From NCBI GenBank assembly GCA_043739185.1, contig JAYUEN010000083.1, positions 1 to 20,502 on the forward strand: a DNA stretch of 20,502 bases. Direction: 5' to 3'. The position numbers were made by a program, and so were the translations under genes. Source of the DNA: Bdellovibrionales bacterium. Lineage in GTDB: Bacteria; Bdellovibrionota; Bdellovibrionia; Bdellovibrionales; JAMPXM01. The first letter of the stretch is position 1, and each line of letters opens with the position of its first letter. Under the pieces are notes generated by a model. It was not told where the DNA came from and did not search any database. It saw only the letters and a program-made list of their open reading frames with translations. Shown one piece after another: positions 1 through 8,123 of this stretch.

Positions 1-275
1 TGGCCGGCATCGGCATTGGTATTGAAAATAAGACGGTATCCGCGTTCATGTAAATTTTGTTCTCGCGCAAGCTTCTTTGCAACCAACAAAAGATGTCCGA
101 GTAAATTCTGATCTTCATCAGTGGCTTCGTTCATTGACTTAATTTCTTTTTTGGGAATTACCAAAATGTGAACTGGCGCTTGAGGAGCGAGGTCGTGAAT
201 GGCGATACAAAGTTCATCTTCAAAAATAAACTTTGCAGATATCTGCTTGTCGATGATTTTTTTAAATATGGTCAA
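1..275 (-). CDS. hinT: Histidine triad (HIT) nucleotide-binding protein, HinT-like; 3' end truncated by the window edge
   Basis: Not in the ORF track. Manual translation from TTG at 275 gives MTIFKKIIDKQISAKFIFEDELCIAIHDLAPQAPVHILVIPKKEI...LGHLLLVAKKLA...GYRLIFNTNADAG, the typical HinT N-terminal motifs (IFxKII, DxxPQAPVHILVIPK). The SD TAAGGA overlaps the osmC stop. The HxHxH motif would lie just beyond the edge. Confidence 0.9.
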   Translation of the reverse strand, partial: MTIFKKIIDKQISAKFIFEDELCIAIHDLAPQAPVHILVIPKKEIKSMNEATDEDQNLLGHLLLVAKKLAREQNLHERGYRLIFNTNADAG

Positions 276-284
276 TGTAATTCC

Positions 285-692
285 TTAGTCTGGATAAATA
301 AATTCTATGGGAACTTCTATAGAAGGATGAAGGCTTTTGTGAACAGGACAAGCATGGGCAACGGATTCGAGTTTTGTTCGAAACTCAGTTTTAATTCCCT
401 TTGGAAATGTGATTTGGACTGAAAATTTAGCTATTCGGCGAGGGTTTGCAGCCATTTCCTTTGTCACTTGGGCTTGCGCTCCTTTCAAAACCAGGCCGTC
501 CTTTTCAAAAAATATCGCCATGGTGGTTAAAATGCAGGAACCTAGGGCGGCTCCCATCAAATCTGTCGGTGAAAATTTATCGCCTTTGCCTTGATTGTCC
601 TTCGGGGCATCAGTTTCAATAATAGAATCAGAGGGCGCATGAACGATATGGCAATGTTTTTCTGCATCATAAGTCGTGATTGATAGAACCAT
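285..692 (-). CDS. OsmC/Ohr family protein
   Basis: TDAPKDNQGKG..FSPTDL..ALGSC and HACPVHKSL two-cysteine pattern; SD AAGGGGAG upstream. Confidence 0.9.
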   Translation of the reverse strand: MVLSITTYDAEKHCHIVHAPSDSIIETDAPKDNQGKGDKFSPTDLMGAALGSCILTTMAIFFEKDGLVLKGAQAQVTKEMAANPRRIAKFSVQITFPKGIKTEFRTKLESVAHACPVHKSLHPSIEVPIEFIYPD

Positions 693-738
693 GATTTGGG
701 CTCCCCTTCTTTATTGAAAAATGGTCAATTTGAAGGAG

Positions 739-767
739 ATGGTACTCTCTGATTTACGTGAGATCAA
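739..767 (-). promoter_or_regulatory. Putative sigma70 promoter of osmC-hinT
   Basis: Minus strand TTGATC-17 bp-TACCAT, ending about 47 nt upstream of the osmC start. Confidence 0.55.
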
Positions 768-859
768 GCGTGCCTGCCCGATGCGGCAATGACTCGAAAG
801 AACAGCATTTATTTTGTTTTGTTAGGTAAATCAGATTATCTTTAACAAAAGTCTGCGGG

Positions 860-887
860 TTGACAATTTTTAAAAGGAACTCATGCT
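860..887 (+). promoter_or_regulatory. Putative sigma70 promoter of the lemA operon
   Basis: Perfect TTGACA (860-865), 16 bp spacer, CATGCT. Confidence 0.45.
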
Positions 888-926
888 TAAAGCTGAGTTC
901 TATTTTTAATATTTTTCGGAGGATAA

Positions 927-1529
927 ATGTTTATCATGAGTAAAGCATTTGGGTTCAATCTATTGGCGGTATTGGGCTTGTTGGCCAGTTTGTCAGGTTG
1001 TGGCGTGCAGTCGATTCCTGAAAATAAGAATCAAGTCGATGCCTCAATGGCTGAAGTTACAAATCAATATAAGAGGCGTTCTGATTTGATTCCTAATTTG
1101 GTTGAAACGGTGAAGGGATATGCAAAGCACGAGGAGTCAACATTAGAAGGAGTGGTTCAAGCGCGGGCCAAGGCGACTAGTGTGAGTATTGATCCGATTA
1201 AAGTCACGCCTGAGCAATTGCAAAAATTTCAAGCCGCACAAGGTGGATTGAGTCAGGCCTTGGGCCGATTGATGGTGGTGAGTGAGAAGTATCCGGAGCT
1301 AAAGGCAGATCAAAATTTTAGAGATTTGCAAAGCCAATTAGAGGGTACTGAAAACCGCATCACAGTGGCAAGACAAAGATATATCGAGTCGATCAATCAA
1401 TTTAATAATTTGGTGAGTGTTCCGCCCACGAGTTTTACAAATTCTTTGTTTTATCACTTTGAAAAAATGCCTCAATGGGGCGCAGAAGTGACCGCAGAAG
1501 AAAAGCAAGCGCCAAAGGTGAAGTTTTAA
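927..1529 (+). CDS. lemA: LemA family protein with a lipoprotein-like signal
   Basis: QYKRRSDLIPNLVETVKGYAKHE, EKYPELKADQNF, LEGTENRITVARQRY and terminal APKVKF motifs; LSGC lipobox. The start is ATG 927 or 936. Confidence 0.95.
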   Translation: MFIMSKAFGFNLLAVLGLLASLSGCGVQSIPENKNQVDASMAEVTNQYKRRSDLIPNLVETVKGYAKHEESTLEGVVQARAKATSVSIDPIKVTPEQLQKFQAAQGGLSQALGRLMVVSEKYPELKADQNFRDLQSQLEGTENRITVARQRYIESINQFNNLVSVPPTSFTNSLFYHFEKMPQWGAEVTAEEKQAPKVKF

Positions 1530-1538
1530 ATTGCGAAA

Positions 1539-2393
1539 GTGAGCGTGAATTTGAAAAAGTTTGAGGTACTATTGCGCCAAAAAAGTGATTGGCTGAGGTG
1601 CGCAGTGCGATTGGCTGCAGTTTTCTCAATTGGTTTTGCAGTGGTTCCTTTCGCTCAAGCTGAAAACTTGACCTTTAAAATACCCGAATTGGTGGCGCCA
1701 GTGATGGACGAAGCCGGTATGATCAGTGCGCCAGCAAAGAATGCACTCAATTCAGCGATTCGTTTTTTGAAAGATAGTAGCGGAACGCAGATTACGATTT
1801 TTACTTTTCAAAGTCTAGAAGGGCGCACGATCGAAGAGATCGGAATTCAAGTCGCTGACCACTGGAAGCTTGGACAAAAAGGTAAAGTAGGAAGTTCTGA
1901 TCAAGTACTGGATCGAGGCGTGATTTTGCTGGTGGCTGCAAAGGAGCACAAAATTCGCATCGAAGTGGGTCGAGGACTCGAGGCGAATCTTACAGATATT
2001 ATTGCCAAAAGTATAATTGCCGAAAAAATGGCGCCGCTTTTTAAAGAAGGCAAAATGAGCGAAGCTTTTGTATTGGGAATAGTTGCAATAGCGAAGTCTA
2101 CCGATCCTGAAGTGGATTTATCTTCATATTTGCGCGGACAAAAACATCGGCGAAGTAACAGGTCAGAGGGCTCTTCTCCAGAGGATTACATTTATCCAAT
2201 TTTTTTCATACTTGCGATACTCTTTGGAATCTTTGGTAGAAGCCGTGGCGGCCGTGGCGGTGGTGGTTTTATTGGCGGCGGCGGATATGGTGGCGGCTTT
2301 AGCGGTGGCGGCTTCAGTGGCGGAAGTTCGGGCGGCGGCTGGAGTGGTGGCGGTGGTGGCTTTAACGGTGGTGGCGCCTCAGGAGACTGGTGA
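1539..2393 (+). CDS. TPM-domain (YgcG-like) membrane protein with a Gly-rich C-terminal tail
   Basis: VMDEAGMIS, SLEGRTIEE, WKLGQKG, DRGVILLVA, IRIEVGRGLE motifs; one TM helix, then GGGG...GGASGDW. Usual lemA partner. Start uncertain. Confidence 0.9.
   Translation: MSVNLKKFEVLLRQKSDWLRCAVRLAAVFSIGFAVVPFAQAENLTFKIPELVAPVMDEAGMISAPAKNALNSAIRFLKDSSGTQITIFTFQSLEGRTIEEIGIQVADHWKLGQKGKVGSSDQVLDRGVILLVAAKEHKIRIEVGRGLEANLTDIIAKSIIAEKMAPLFKEGKMSEAFVLGIVAIAKSTDPEVDLSSYLRGQKHRRSNRSEGSSPEDYIYPIFFILAILFGIFGRSRGGRGGGGFIGGGGYGGGFSGGGFSGGSSGGGWSGGGGGFNGGGASGDW
2243..2390 (+). repeat. Low-complexity GGC/GGT codon repeats encoding the Gly-rich tail
   Basis: Imperfect (GGC/GGT)n, locally GC-rich, inside the TPM gene. 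Confidence 0.8.
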
Positions 2394-3046
2394 TGAAAAT
2401 TCCGGATTGGCTTTCAAATCATTTGAATGAAAAGAATCTTGTTGAGATTCGTGATGCTGTAAGCGCAGCCGAAGAAAAAACCACAGGCGAAATTGTACCT
2501 ATGGTGGTGAGGTGCTCTTCGCCATTGGGTCATATTCACGGGCTGACGTTTTTCATTTTAATATCTATATTTGAATTTGCCTACTTTAGTTTCTCAATCC
2601 AGCTCGGCTTTGATTATGCACTTCAAATTCAATTGGGGTTGATGTTGATAGCTATGCTTTTGAGCTTTCCAATGGCAAAGATTGAATGGACTCAACATTT
2701 TTTAACTTCAAAGTATGATCGCGCTCATAACACATTGGTGCGTGCTGAGCTGGAGTTTCATAGGTCCCGAATTCGATCGACCGCCGCTCATACCGGAGTA
2801 CTGCTTTTTGTATCGGTTATGGAGCGACAAGCGGTGATTTTGGCCGACGAAAAAGTCATAAATAAATTAGGCGCTGATGTTTGGAGTGGGGTACTAAAAA
2901 TCCTAACCGAAGGACTTAAGGCGCGGAATTTTACCCAGGGTTTTTCAGCGTCCATATCGCAAATTGGGCTTATTCTGAAAGACCATTTCCCTGCAAAGGA
3001 CCACGCAAACAATGATCTTCCAAATGAACTTCAGATAAAGGAATAG
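2393..3046 (+). CDS. TPM-domain membrane protein, second lemA partner
   Basis: AEEKTTGEIVPMVV, two TM helices, TGVLLFVSVMERQAVILAD, NDLPNEL; TGATG stop/start coupling with the upstream gene. Confidence 0.88.
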   Translation: MKIPDWLSNHLNEKNLVEIRDAVSAAEEKTTGEIVPMVVRCSSPLGHIHGLTFFILISIFEFAYFSFSIQLGFDYALQIQLGLMLIAMLLSFPMAKIEWTQHFLTSKYDRAHNTLVRAELEFHRSRIRSTAAHTGVLLFVSVMERQAVILADEKVINKLGADVWSGVLKILTEGLKARNFTQGFSASISQIGLILKDHFPAKDHANNDLPNELQIKE

Positions 3047-3051
3047 GCGGC

Positions 3052-3579
3052 TTAGGGTCCTCTTACTTTTGTTAAAACCTTTTGATTGAGCAAGAGCAAG
3101 ATCTTTTTGAAATTCCTGATTTCAGACTTTTTCATTTTGGCCAGTAGTCCGGATATTTGAGAAAAATAGTCAGGCGCGATTTTATCAATGATTTTGATTC
3201 CCTTGTTTGTAATTTGCACCAAACAGCTTCGGCGATCGCTTTGGCTTTCAACTCTTTTAACTAGTTTCGACTTTTCAAGTCCATCTAAAAGGCCTGAAAT
3301 CGTGGCGCGGGTAACGCCAAGAAATTCAGAAAGATCCGATGGATTGATTGCAATTTCTGGATCGCGTCTGAGGCGCATGAGGAGTGTGAATCGGGCTGCA
3401 CTCAAGCCAAATTGATCAAAATCTTTTCTGAAGAAATCGGAGACATTGCCGGCCACGCGATTCATCAAAAGAAGTACCTCTAAATTTTCAGGGACAATAT
3501 TAGATTTTGGGTACCGATCCGCGAGTTTTCGCAAAATCTTAATATCGGGTATGCTTTTGATTCGAAATTCTTCAGCCAT
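3052..3579 (-). CDS. MarR family transcriptional regulator (EmrR-like), divergent from the efflux operon
   Basis: GLSAARFTLL, PSDLSEFLGVTRATISGLLDGLEKSKLVKR, DRRS..VQIT.KG winged-helix motifs. The start is ATG 3579 or TTG 3591. Confidence 0.93.
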   Translation of the reverse strand: MAEEFRIKSIPDIKILRKLADRYPKSNIVPENLEVLLLMNRVAGNVSDFFRKDFDQFGLSAARFTLLMRLRRDPEIAINPSDLSEFLGVTRATISGLLDGLEKSKLVKRVESQSDRRSCLVQITNKGIKIIDKIAPDYFSQISGLLAKMKKSEIRNFKKILLLLNQKVLTKVRGP

Positions 3580-3653
3580 TTGAATTTTCAAATAACATAT
3601 GCAGTGAGATTCAGCAACTTTAGACTTAAGGCAAGACTTAAAACCTATTTGTA

Positions 3654-3683
3654 TTGCCCTTTGCGTTCAACTTTTTCTAGAAT
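3654..3683 (+). promoter_or_regulatory. Putative sigma70 promoter of the tolC-emrAB operon
   Basis: TTGCCC-18 bp-TAGAAT in the marR/tolC intergenic region. Confidence 0.45.
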
Positions 3684-3713
3684 ATTGGTTGAGTTCAAAA
3701 TAAATGAGGGAAT

Positions 3714-3731
3714 TAGTTAGGTGGCTAATTA
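3714..3731. promoter_or_regulatory. Putative MarR operator
   Basis: Inverted repeat TAGTTAG-GTGG-CTAATTA (one mismatch) between the predicted promoter and the tolC start. Confidence 0.6.
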
Positions 3732-3788
3732 TATTTGCGCTTCCTCCTGAATCTTGACTTCATTCCAAAAATAAGCAAAAACCTTAAA

Positions 3789-5123
3789 ATGACCAAGCTA
3801 TCAAAATATAAATTTATTAAGTCTATCCCCTGGCTATATTGCGCAGTCGTTGGGGTGTTTTTTAGTTGCTCTTTGTTTGCGGCATCAAATTTAACTCTTG
3901 AGCAAGCCGTGATTGAAGCTGAGTCCAATTCTCCAAATTATCAAGCAATGAAGGCCGCTGCGGAAAGTGCGAAATGGAAGAGGATTGAGGGGCTATCTAA
4001 TTTTCTACCGAGCGTTTCTTTATCTGCTGAGCGAGTTTTGGACAATAAGTATTTGACCTTTGATTTCGGAAGCTTTTCGAATATGCCTCAGGTCATCCCG
4101 CTGACCGCAGCAAGCTTAAATGCCTATTTACCCTTGTTTGATGGCTTTTCGAATATACATCGCTATCGAGTTGGAGCTCAATTTGAGTCCGCTGCTGAAT
4201 ATGATTTAAAGTGGTCCAAGTTTCAGTTGGGGCAACAGGTTAAGCTTTTATTTTTTCAGGCTTTAGCAGCTCAGAAGCTTGCGGAAGTAGCAAAGCAAAA
4301 TGTCAAAACCCTAGAGGATCACTTGCAAAAAACGCAAGTTCAGAAGCGCGGTGGTGTTTCAACTCAGTTTGATGTTTTGCGAATTGAAGTGCAGTTAAGT
4401 GATGCAAGAGCAGAAGAAATTCAAACCGGTGACAATGTTGAAGTTGCAGGACGAGCATTGTCCGAAATTTTGGGATCCGAAGCTGAGCCGAGAGGCGTGG
4501 TTGGTGACCTGCCTATTCCCTCAGTTTTATGGACTCAAAATTTGTCAGTGCCTAAACCAGAATCTCGATTTGATGTGCAGGCAATTTTGGCAAGAGACCT
4601 GGCGAGTTATGAGTCTTCAAATGCGGCAAGTGTTTTTTGGGTTCCCAAGCTTGGATTGAGCTATCAATATTTTTATTATAACAATCGAGACAACACAGTT
4701 TTTGATGGGCAGGGATTTCGAAATGCCTGGCAATTGGGAGTCGTATTAACCTGGAATCTGTTTGACGGTATGTATTCTATTTCACGAGCTCAGGAGGCAA
4801 GTGCGGACGCTGTGAAATCACAAAAATTGGCCAAACAAACGCTCATGCATATTCCGATTGAATTTGACAAATGGAAACGACGTTTTGAAACCGCCAGCGT
4901 CAATTACAAAGCGAAAACTTTAAATGTGAGTCGGGCTCAAGAAAGCGTGCGACTTGCTCAAGAAGGCTATAGGGCTGGCACCCGCACCAATAGTGAAGTC
5001 TTAGATGCCGAGCTCGATCTCTTTCGTTCAAGAGCCGGAGTTGTCAGTACACAGTTGAGTGCCGAAGAGGCTTTGATAAATTTGGAGTCCGCCATCGGAA
5101 GAAAGATTGAAAATGGGAACTAA
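3789..5123 (+). CDS. tolC: TolC family outer membrane efflux protein
   Basis: Signal peptide, LTLEQAV..A...SP, YLPLFDG, LTWNLFDG and YRAGTRTNSEVLDAE repeat motifs; context with an adaptor and an MFS gene. ATG 3789 preferred over TTG 3735. Confidence 0.92.
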   Translation: MTKLSKYKFIKSIPWLYCAVVGVFFSCSLFAASNLTLEQAVIEAESNSPNYQAMKAAAESAKWKRIEGLSNFLPSVSLSAERVLDNKYLTFDFGSFSNMPQVIPLTAASLNAYLPLFDGFSNIHRYRVGAQFESAAEYDLKWSKFQLGQQVKLLFFQALAAQKLAEVAKQNVKTLEDHLQKTQVQKRGGVSTQFDVLRIEVQLSDARAEEIQTGDNVEVAGRALSEILGSEAEPRGVVGDLPIPSVLWTQNLSVPKPESRFDVQAILARDLASYESSNAASVFWVPKLGLSYQYFYYNNRDNTVFDGQGFRNAWQLGVVLTWNLFDGMYSISRAQEASADAVKSQKLAKQTLMHIPIEFDKWKRRFETASVNYKAKTLNVSRAQESVRLAQEGYRAGTRTNSEVLDAELDLFRSRAGVVSTQLSAEEALINLESAIGRKIENGN

Positions 5124-5961
5124 GAAAAATCTTTTGTTTGCGCTTGCAGGAGTTGCGTGTTTGTTTGCCGGATATTTCATTTATGAAAATTTAATTTATG
5201 TTACCACAGACAATGCCAGCATTCAGGCTCATACTTTAATGATCGGTGCGAAAGTACCGGGTGTCGTAACAGAAGTTTTGGTTGATGAAAATCAAATGGT
5301 CAAAGAAGGCGACGTATTAATCAAAATTGACCGAAGAGACTATGCCAATCAAGTTGCTTTAGTAGATGCAGATTTGGGTTCAAGCGATGCTCGATTAAAA
5401 GACGCAGAAACCAATTACAATCGCCTCAAATCTTTGTTTCAAGGTGGAGCGGTTTCACAACAGCAATATGATGCCGCACATACTCTATATAAAACCGAAA
5501 GCAAAAAAAATGCGGCGGCCCACGCGCAGCTTGATCAAGCACAACTGAATTTGGGATATACCGAAATTAAAGCTCCTGCGAATGGTTTTATTGCGAGGCG
5601 TTCTGTTGAAAAGGGTCAGGTCGTACCTGTTGGTCAGCCTCTCATTGGTTTTGTTTCGAGCGAATCGAGATGGGTAATCGCAAATTTTAAAGAAACTGAT
5701 TTGACCCGTATTAAGCCAGGAGCAAGCGCCAAAGTTGAAGTCGATTCTTTAGACGGTGAGGTTTATCAAGGTGAAGTTGAAAGTATTAGTCCGAGCACAG
5801 GAGCGACGTTTAGTTTGCTTCCTCCAGACAATGCCACCGGGAATTTTACCAAAGTGGTGCAAAGAGTGCCGGTTAAAATTAAACTTAATAACTTAAAAGC
5901 TGAAGATACGACAAAATTGCAAGTGGGCCTCTCGGTTGAGGTTTCAGTAAGAAAAAAGTGA
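5113..5961 (+). CDS. emrA: EmrA/HlyD family periplasmic adaptor (membrane fusion protein)
   Basis: N-terminal TM helix, VTTDNA, VIANFKET, TGATFSLLPPDNATGNFTKVVQRVPVKI. Confidence 0.95.
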   Translation: MGTKKNLLFALAGVACLFAGYFIYENLIYVTTDNASIQAHTLMIGAKVPGVVTEVLVDENQMVKEGDVLIKIDRRDYANQVALVDADLGSSDARLKDAETNYNRLKSLFQGGAVSQQQYDAAHTLYKTESKKNAAAHAQLDQAQLNLGYTEIKAPANGFIARRSVEKGQVVPVGQPLIGFVSSESRWVIANFKETDLTRIKPGASAKVEVDSLDGEVYQGEVESISPSTGATFSLLPPDNATGNFTKVVQRVPVKIKLNNLKAEDTTKLQVGLSVEVSVRKK

Positions 5962-5989
5962 GAACAGAAATTCGATACGTTAGGGCGGT

Positions 5990-7648
5990 TTGATTTTGGA
6001 CGATTTGAAATTCAATCGTACTCAAATATTTATAATATTGACGGCAGTCTTAGCCTCTCTTCTCGAAATTATAGATACCTCTATAGTCAATGTAGCGATC
6101 CCAAGTATGATGGGAAATTTAGGAGCAACGCTAGAGGATGTCAGCTGGGTCGTTACCGGCTATATAATTGCAAATGCCATTGTTCTTCCTATTGCCGGTT
6201 GGCTCGGAATGCAAATAGGTCGAAAAAAGTATTATGTTGGCTGCATTTTGCTTTTTACTTTGACCTCAGTGGCTTGCGGACTGGCGCCTAACCTTTTGAC
6301 CCTGTCTATTTTTAGAGTTTTTCAAGGCTTAGCGGGCGGCGCTTTGCTGCCAACCTCTCAAGCCTTGATTCAAGAACAATTTCCGCGAGAAAAAGCCGGA
6401 ATGGCCTCTGCCATTTTTGGAATGGGCGTGATCATTGGCCCCACTATTGGCCCCACTTTAGGCGGTTATTTGACCGATCATTTTGGCTGGCGTATGATTT
6501 TCAATATTAATTTGCCTCTTGGCTTATTGGCAGCATTTATGGCCTATACGGTAGTCGGAGACATCGGCGAAAAAATCGTTTTAAAGCCTTCGAGAAAGGA
6601 ACGAAAGGCAGCTCTAGAAAATGAAACAAACTTAGAGGAAATTTCAGTAAAGCCAGTTGCGCCACCCAGAGTGCGCACGCCGATTGATGTTTGGGGTCTT
6701 GCTTTACTTATCGTTGGAATTGGCTGTTTGCAATTTATTTTGGAGCGCGGTCAGGCTGATGGCTGGATGGATTCGGTATCAATTCGTATTTGTAGTTTTG
6801 TCGCAGCAACGGCTTTGCCTGGCTTCGTATGCTGGGAACTCAAACACAAACATCCAGTAATTAATTTGCGACTCTTTAAGCATCCTGCGGTGAGAAGCGG
6901 AACCGCAATGATGATGGCTCTTGGCATGATGCTCTATTCGACGGTATTTATTTTGCCAATTTTTATGAATAATATAATGGGTTTTACAGCTACCCAAACC
7001 GGGATGATTTTTATTCCCGGCGCATTTTTAACCGGATTGATGATGCCTGTAGCGGGAAAGCTTTTGCGAAAAGTAGATCCCAGAGTCTTGATTTTTTTCG
7101 GGATGTGCACGATCGAAGTTTTTTTGTATTTGCTTTCGAGTTTTAATCCGGAGACTTCAACTCAACAGGTCTTCAGGGCTCTTTTAGTACGAGGCTTGGG
7201 GATGGCATTTTTATTTGTTCCGATTCAAGCAGTGGTTATGGGGCAATTTTCTGGGGCAGAACTTGGTCAAGTTGCTGGACTCATGAATTTACTTCGTCAA
7301 ATAGGCGGCAGCATTGGGATTGCGACGCTCTCAACGCTTATGCAAACTCACAATGCAAAAAATTATCTGAATATGATTTCTAAAATAAGTTTACTTAACC
7401 CAGCAACCTATAACCAGCTTATGGGGATTCAAGGCGCGATGGCCTCAAGGTTTCAAGCTTCAATTGGTGAGGCTGGTGTGCAGGCGGCCGCAGTTCGCTT
7501 GATGGCTTTTCGTTTGCAAAAGCAAATTTTTTGTCTGAGCTTCACAAGTATAACTTGGACACTATTGATCGCATTTGGTCTGGCGCTTATTCCACTTAAG
7601 TTTGTAAAGCCACCCAAAGTAATCAACTCAAATTTGGACATTCATTGA
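5990..7648 (+). CDS. emrB: EmrB/QacA DHA2-family MFS efflux permease
   Basis: DTSIVNVAIP, WVVTGY, FRVFQGLAGG, GPTIGPTLGG, WRMIFNINLP, RQIGGSIG; about 14 TM segments. Confidence 0.95.
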   Translation: MILDDLKFNRTQIFIILTAVLASLLEIIDTSIVNVAIPSMMGNLGATLEDVSWVVTGYIIANAIVLPIAGWLGMQIGRKKYYVGCILLFTLTSVACGLAPNLLTLSIFRVFQGLAGGALLPTSQALIQEQFPREKAGMASAIFGMGVIIGPTIGPTLGGYLTDHFGWRMIFNINLPLGLLAAFMAYTVVGDIGEKIVLKPSRKERKAALENETNLEEISVKPVAPPRVRTPIDVWGLALLIVGIGCLQFILERGQADGWMDSVSIRICSFVAATALPGFVCWELKHKHPVINLRLFKHPAVRSGTAMMMALGMMLYSTVFILPIFMNNIMGFTATQTGMIFIPGAFLTGLMMPVAGKLLRKVDPRVLIFFGMCTIEVFLYLLSSFNPETSTQQVFRALLVRGLGMAFLFVPIQAVVMGQFSGAELGQVAGLMNLLRQIGGSIGIATLSTLMQTHNAKNYLNMISKISLLNPATYNQLMGIQGAMASRFQASIGEAGVQAAAVRLMAFRLQKQIFCLSFTSITWTLLIAFGLALIPLKFVKPPKVINSNLDIH

Positions 7649-7669
7649 ATGATATTCGCGCAGGTTAGG

Positions 7670-7999
7670 CTAAACTCCGAATGAGGAGCCACAACCGCAA
7701 GTTTTCGATGCATTTGGATTTGAAAAAACAAAGCCTTTGCCATTGAGGCCGCCTTCAAAATCTAAGGTCATGCCAGCAACAAATAAAAAGCTCTTCTTAT
7801 CAATTACAATTTTTGTACCGTGATTTTCAAATACTTTATCGGCGTCTGTGATGCTGGTATCGAAATCTAACTTATAGGACATTCCCGAGCAGCCACCGGC
7901 CACGACTTTTACTCTTAGGACACTCTCTACCCCAGGGCCCGAGGCTTCGGTCTTGAGATGATTGATTTGTTTTGCCGCTTGTTCTGTAATTTCAACCAT
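7670..7999 (-). CDS. iscA: A-type Fe-S carrier (HesB/IscA family)
   Basis: GGCSGMSY and NPNA..TCGCGSSF motifs. Confidence 0.95.
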   Translation of the reverse strand: MVEITEQAAKQINHLKTEASGPGVESVLRVKVVAGGCSGMSYKLDFDTSITDADKVFENHGTKIVIDKKSFLFVAGMTLDFEGGLNGKGFVFSNPNASKTCGCGSSFGV

Positions 8000-8090
8000 A
8001 AAAAAGACTCCAATTTATCGATCCTAAAAGCTCATCTCAAGCGCTGCTCGTCACTGCTTTTTAAGCGCTATTCAATGCTGTACTCCTTTG

Positions 8091-8119
8091 ATTATATCTG
8101 AAATATGCAAATTTGACTA
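8091..8119 (-). promoter_or_regulatory. Putative internal sigma70 promoter for iscA
   Basis: Minus strand TAGTCA-17 bp-TATAAT in the 124 bp iscS-iscA gap. Confidence 0.5.
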
Positions 8120-8123
8120 GCAA

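Noticed and set aside
168..594. Plus-strand ORFs 168..422 and 409..594
   Set aside because: They are antisense shadows of hinT and osmC with no recognisable motifs.
2212..2430. Ala/Val-rich 72 aa ORF that looks like a membrane peptide
   Set aside because: It is an alternative frame of the GGC/GGT Gly-repeat tail of the TPM gene.
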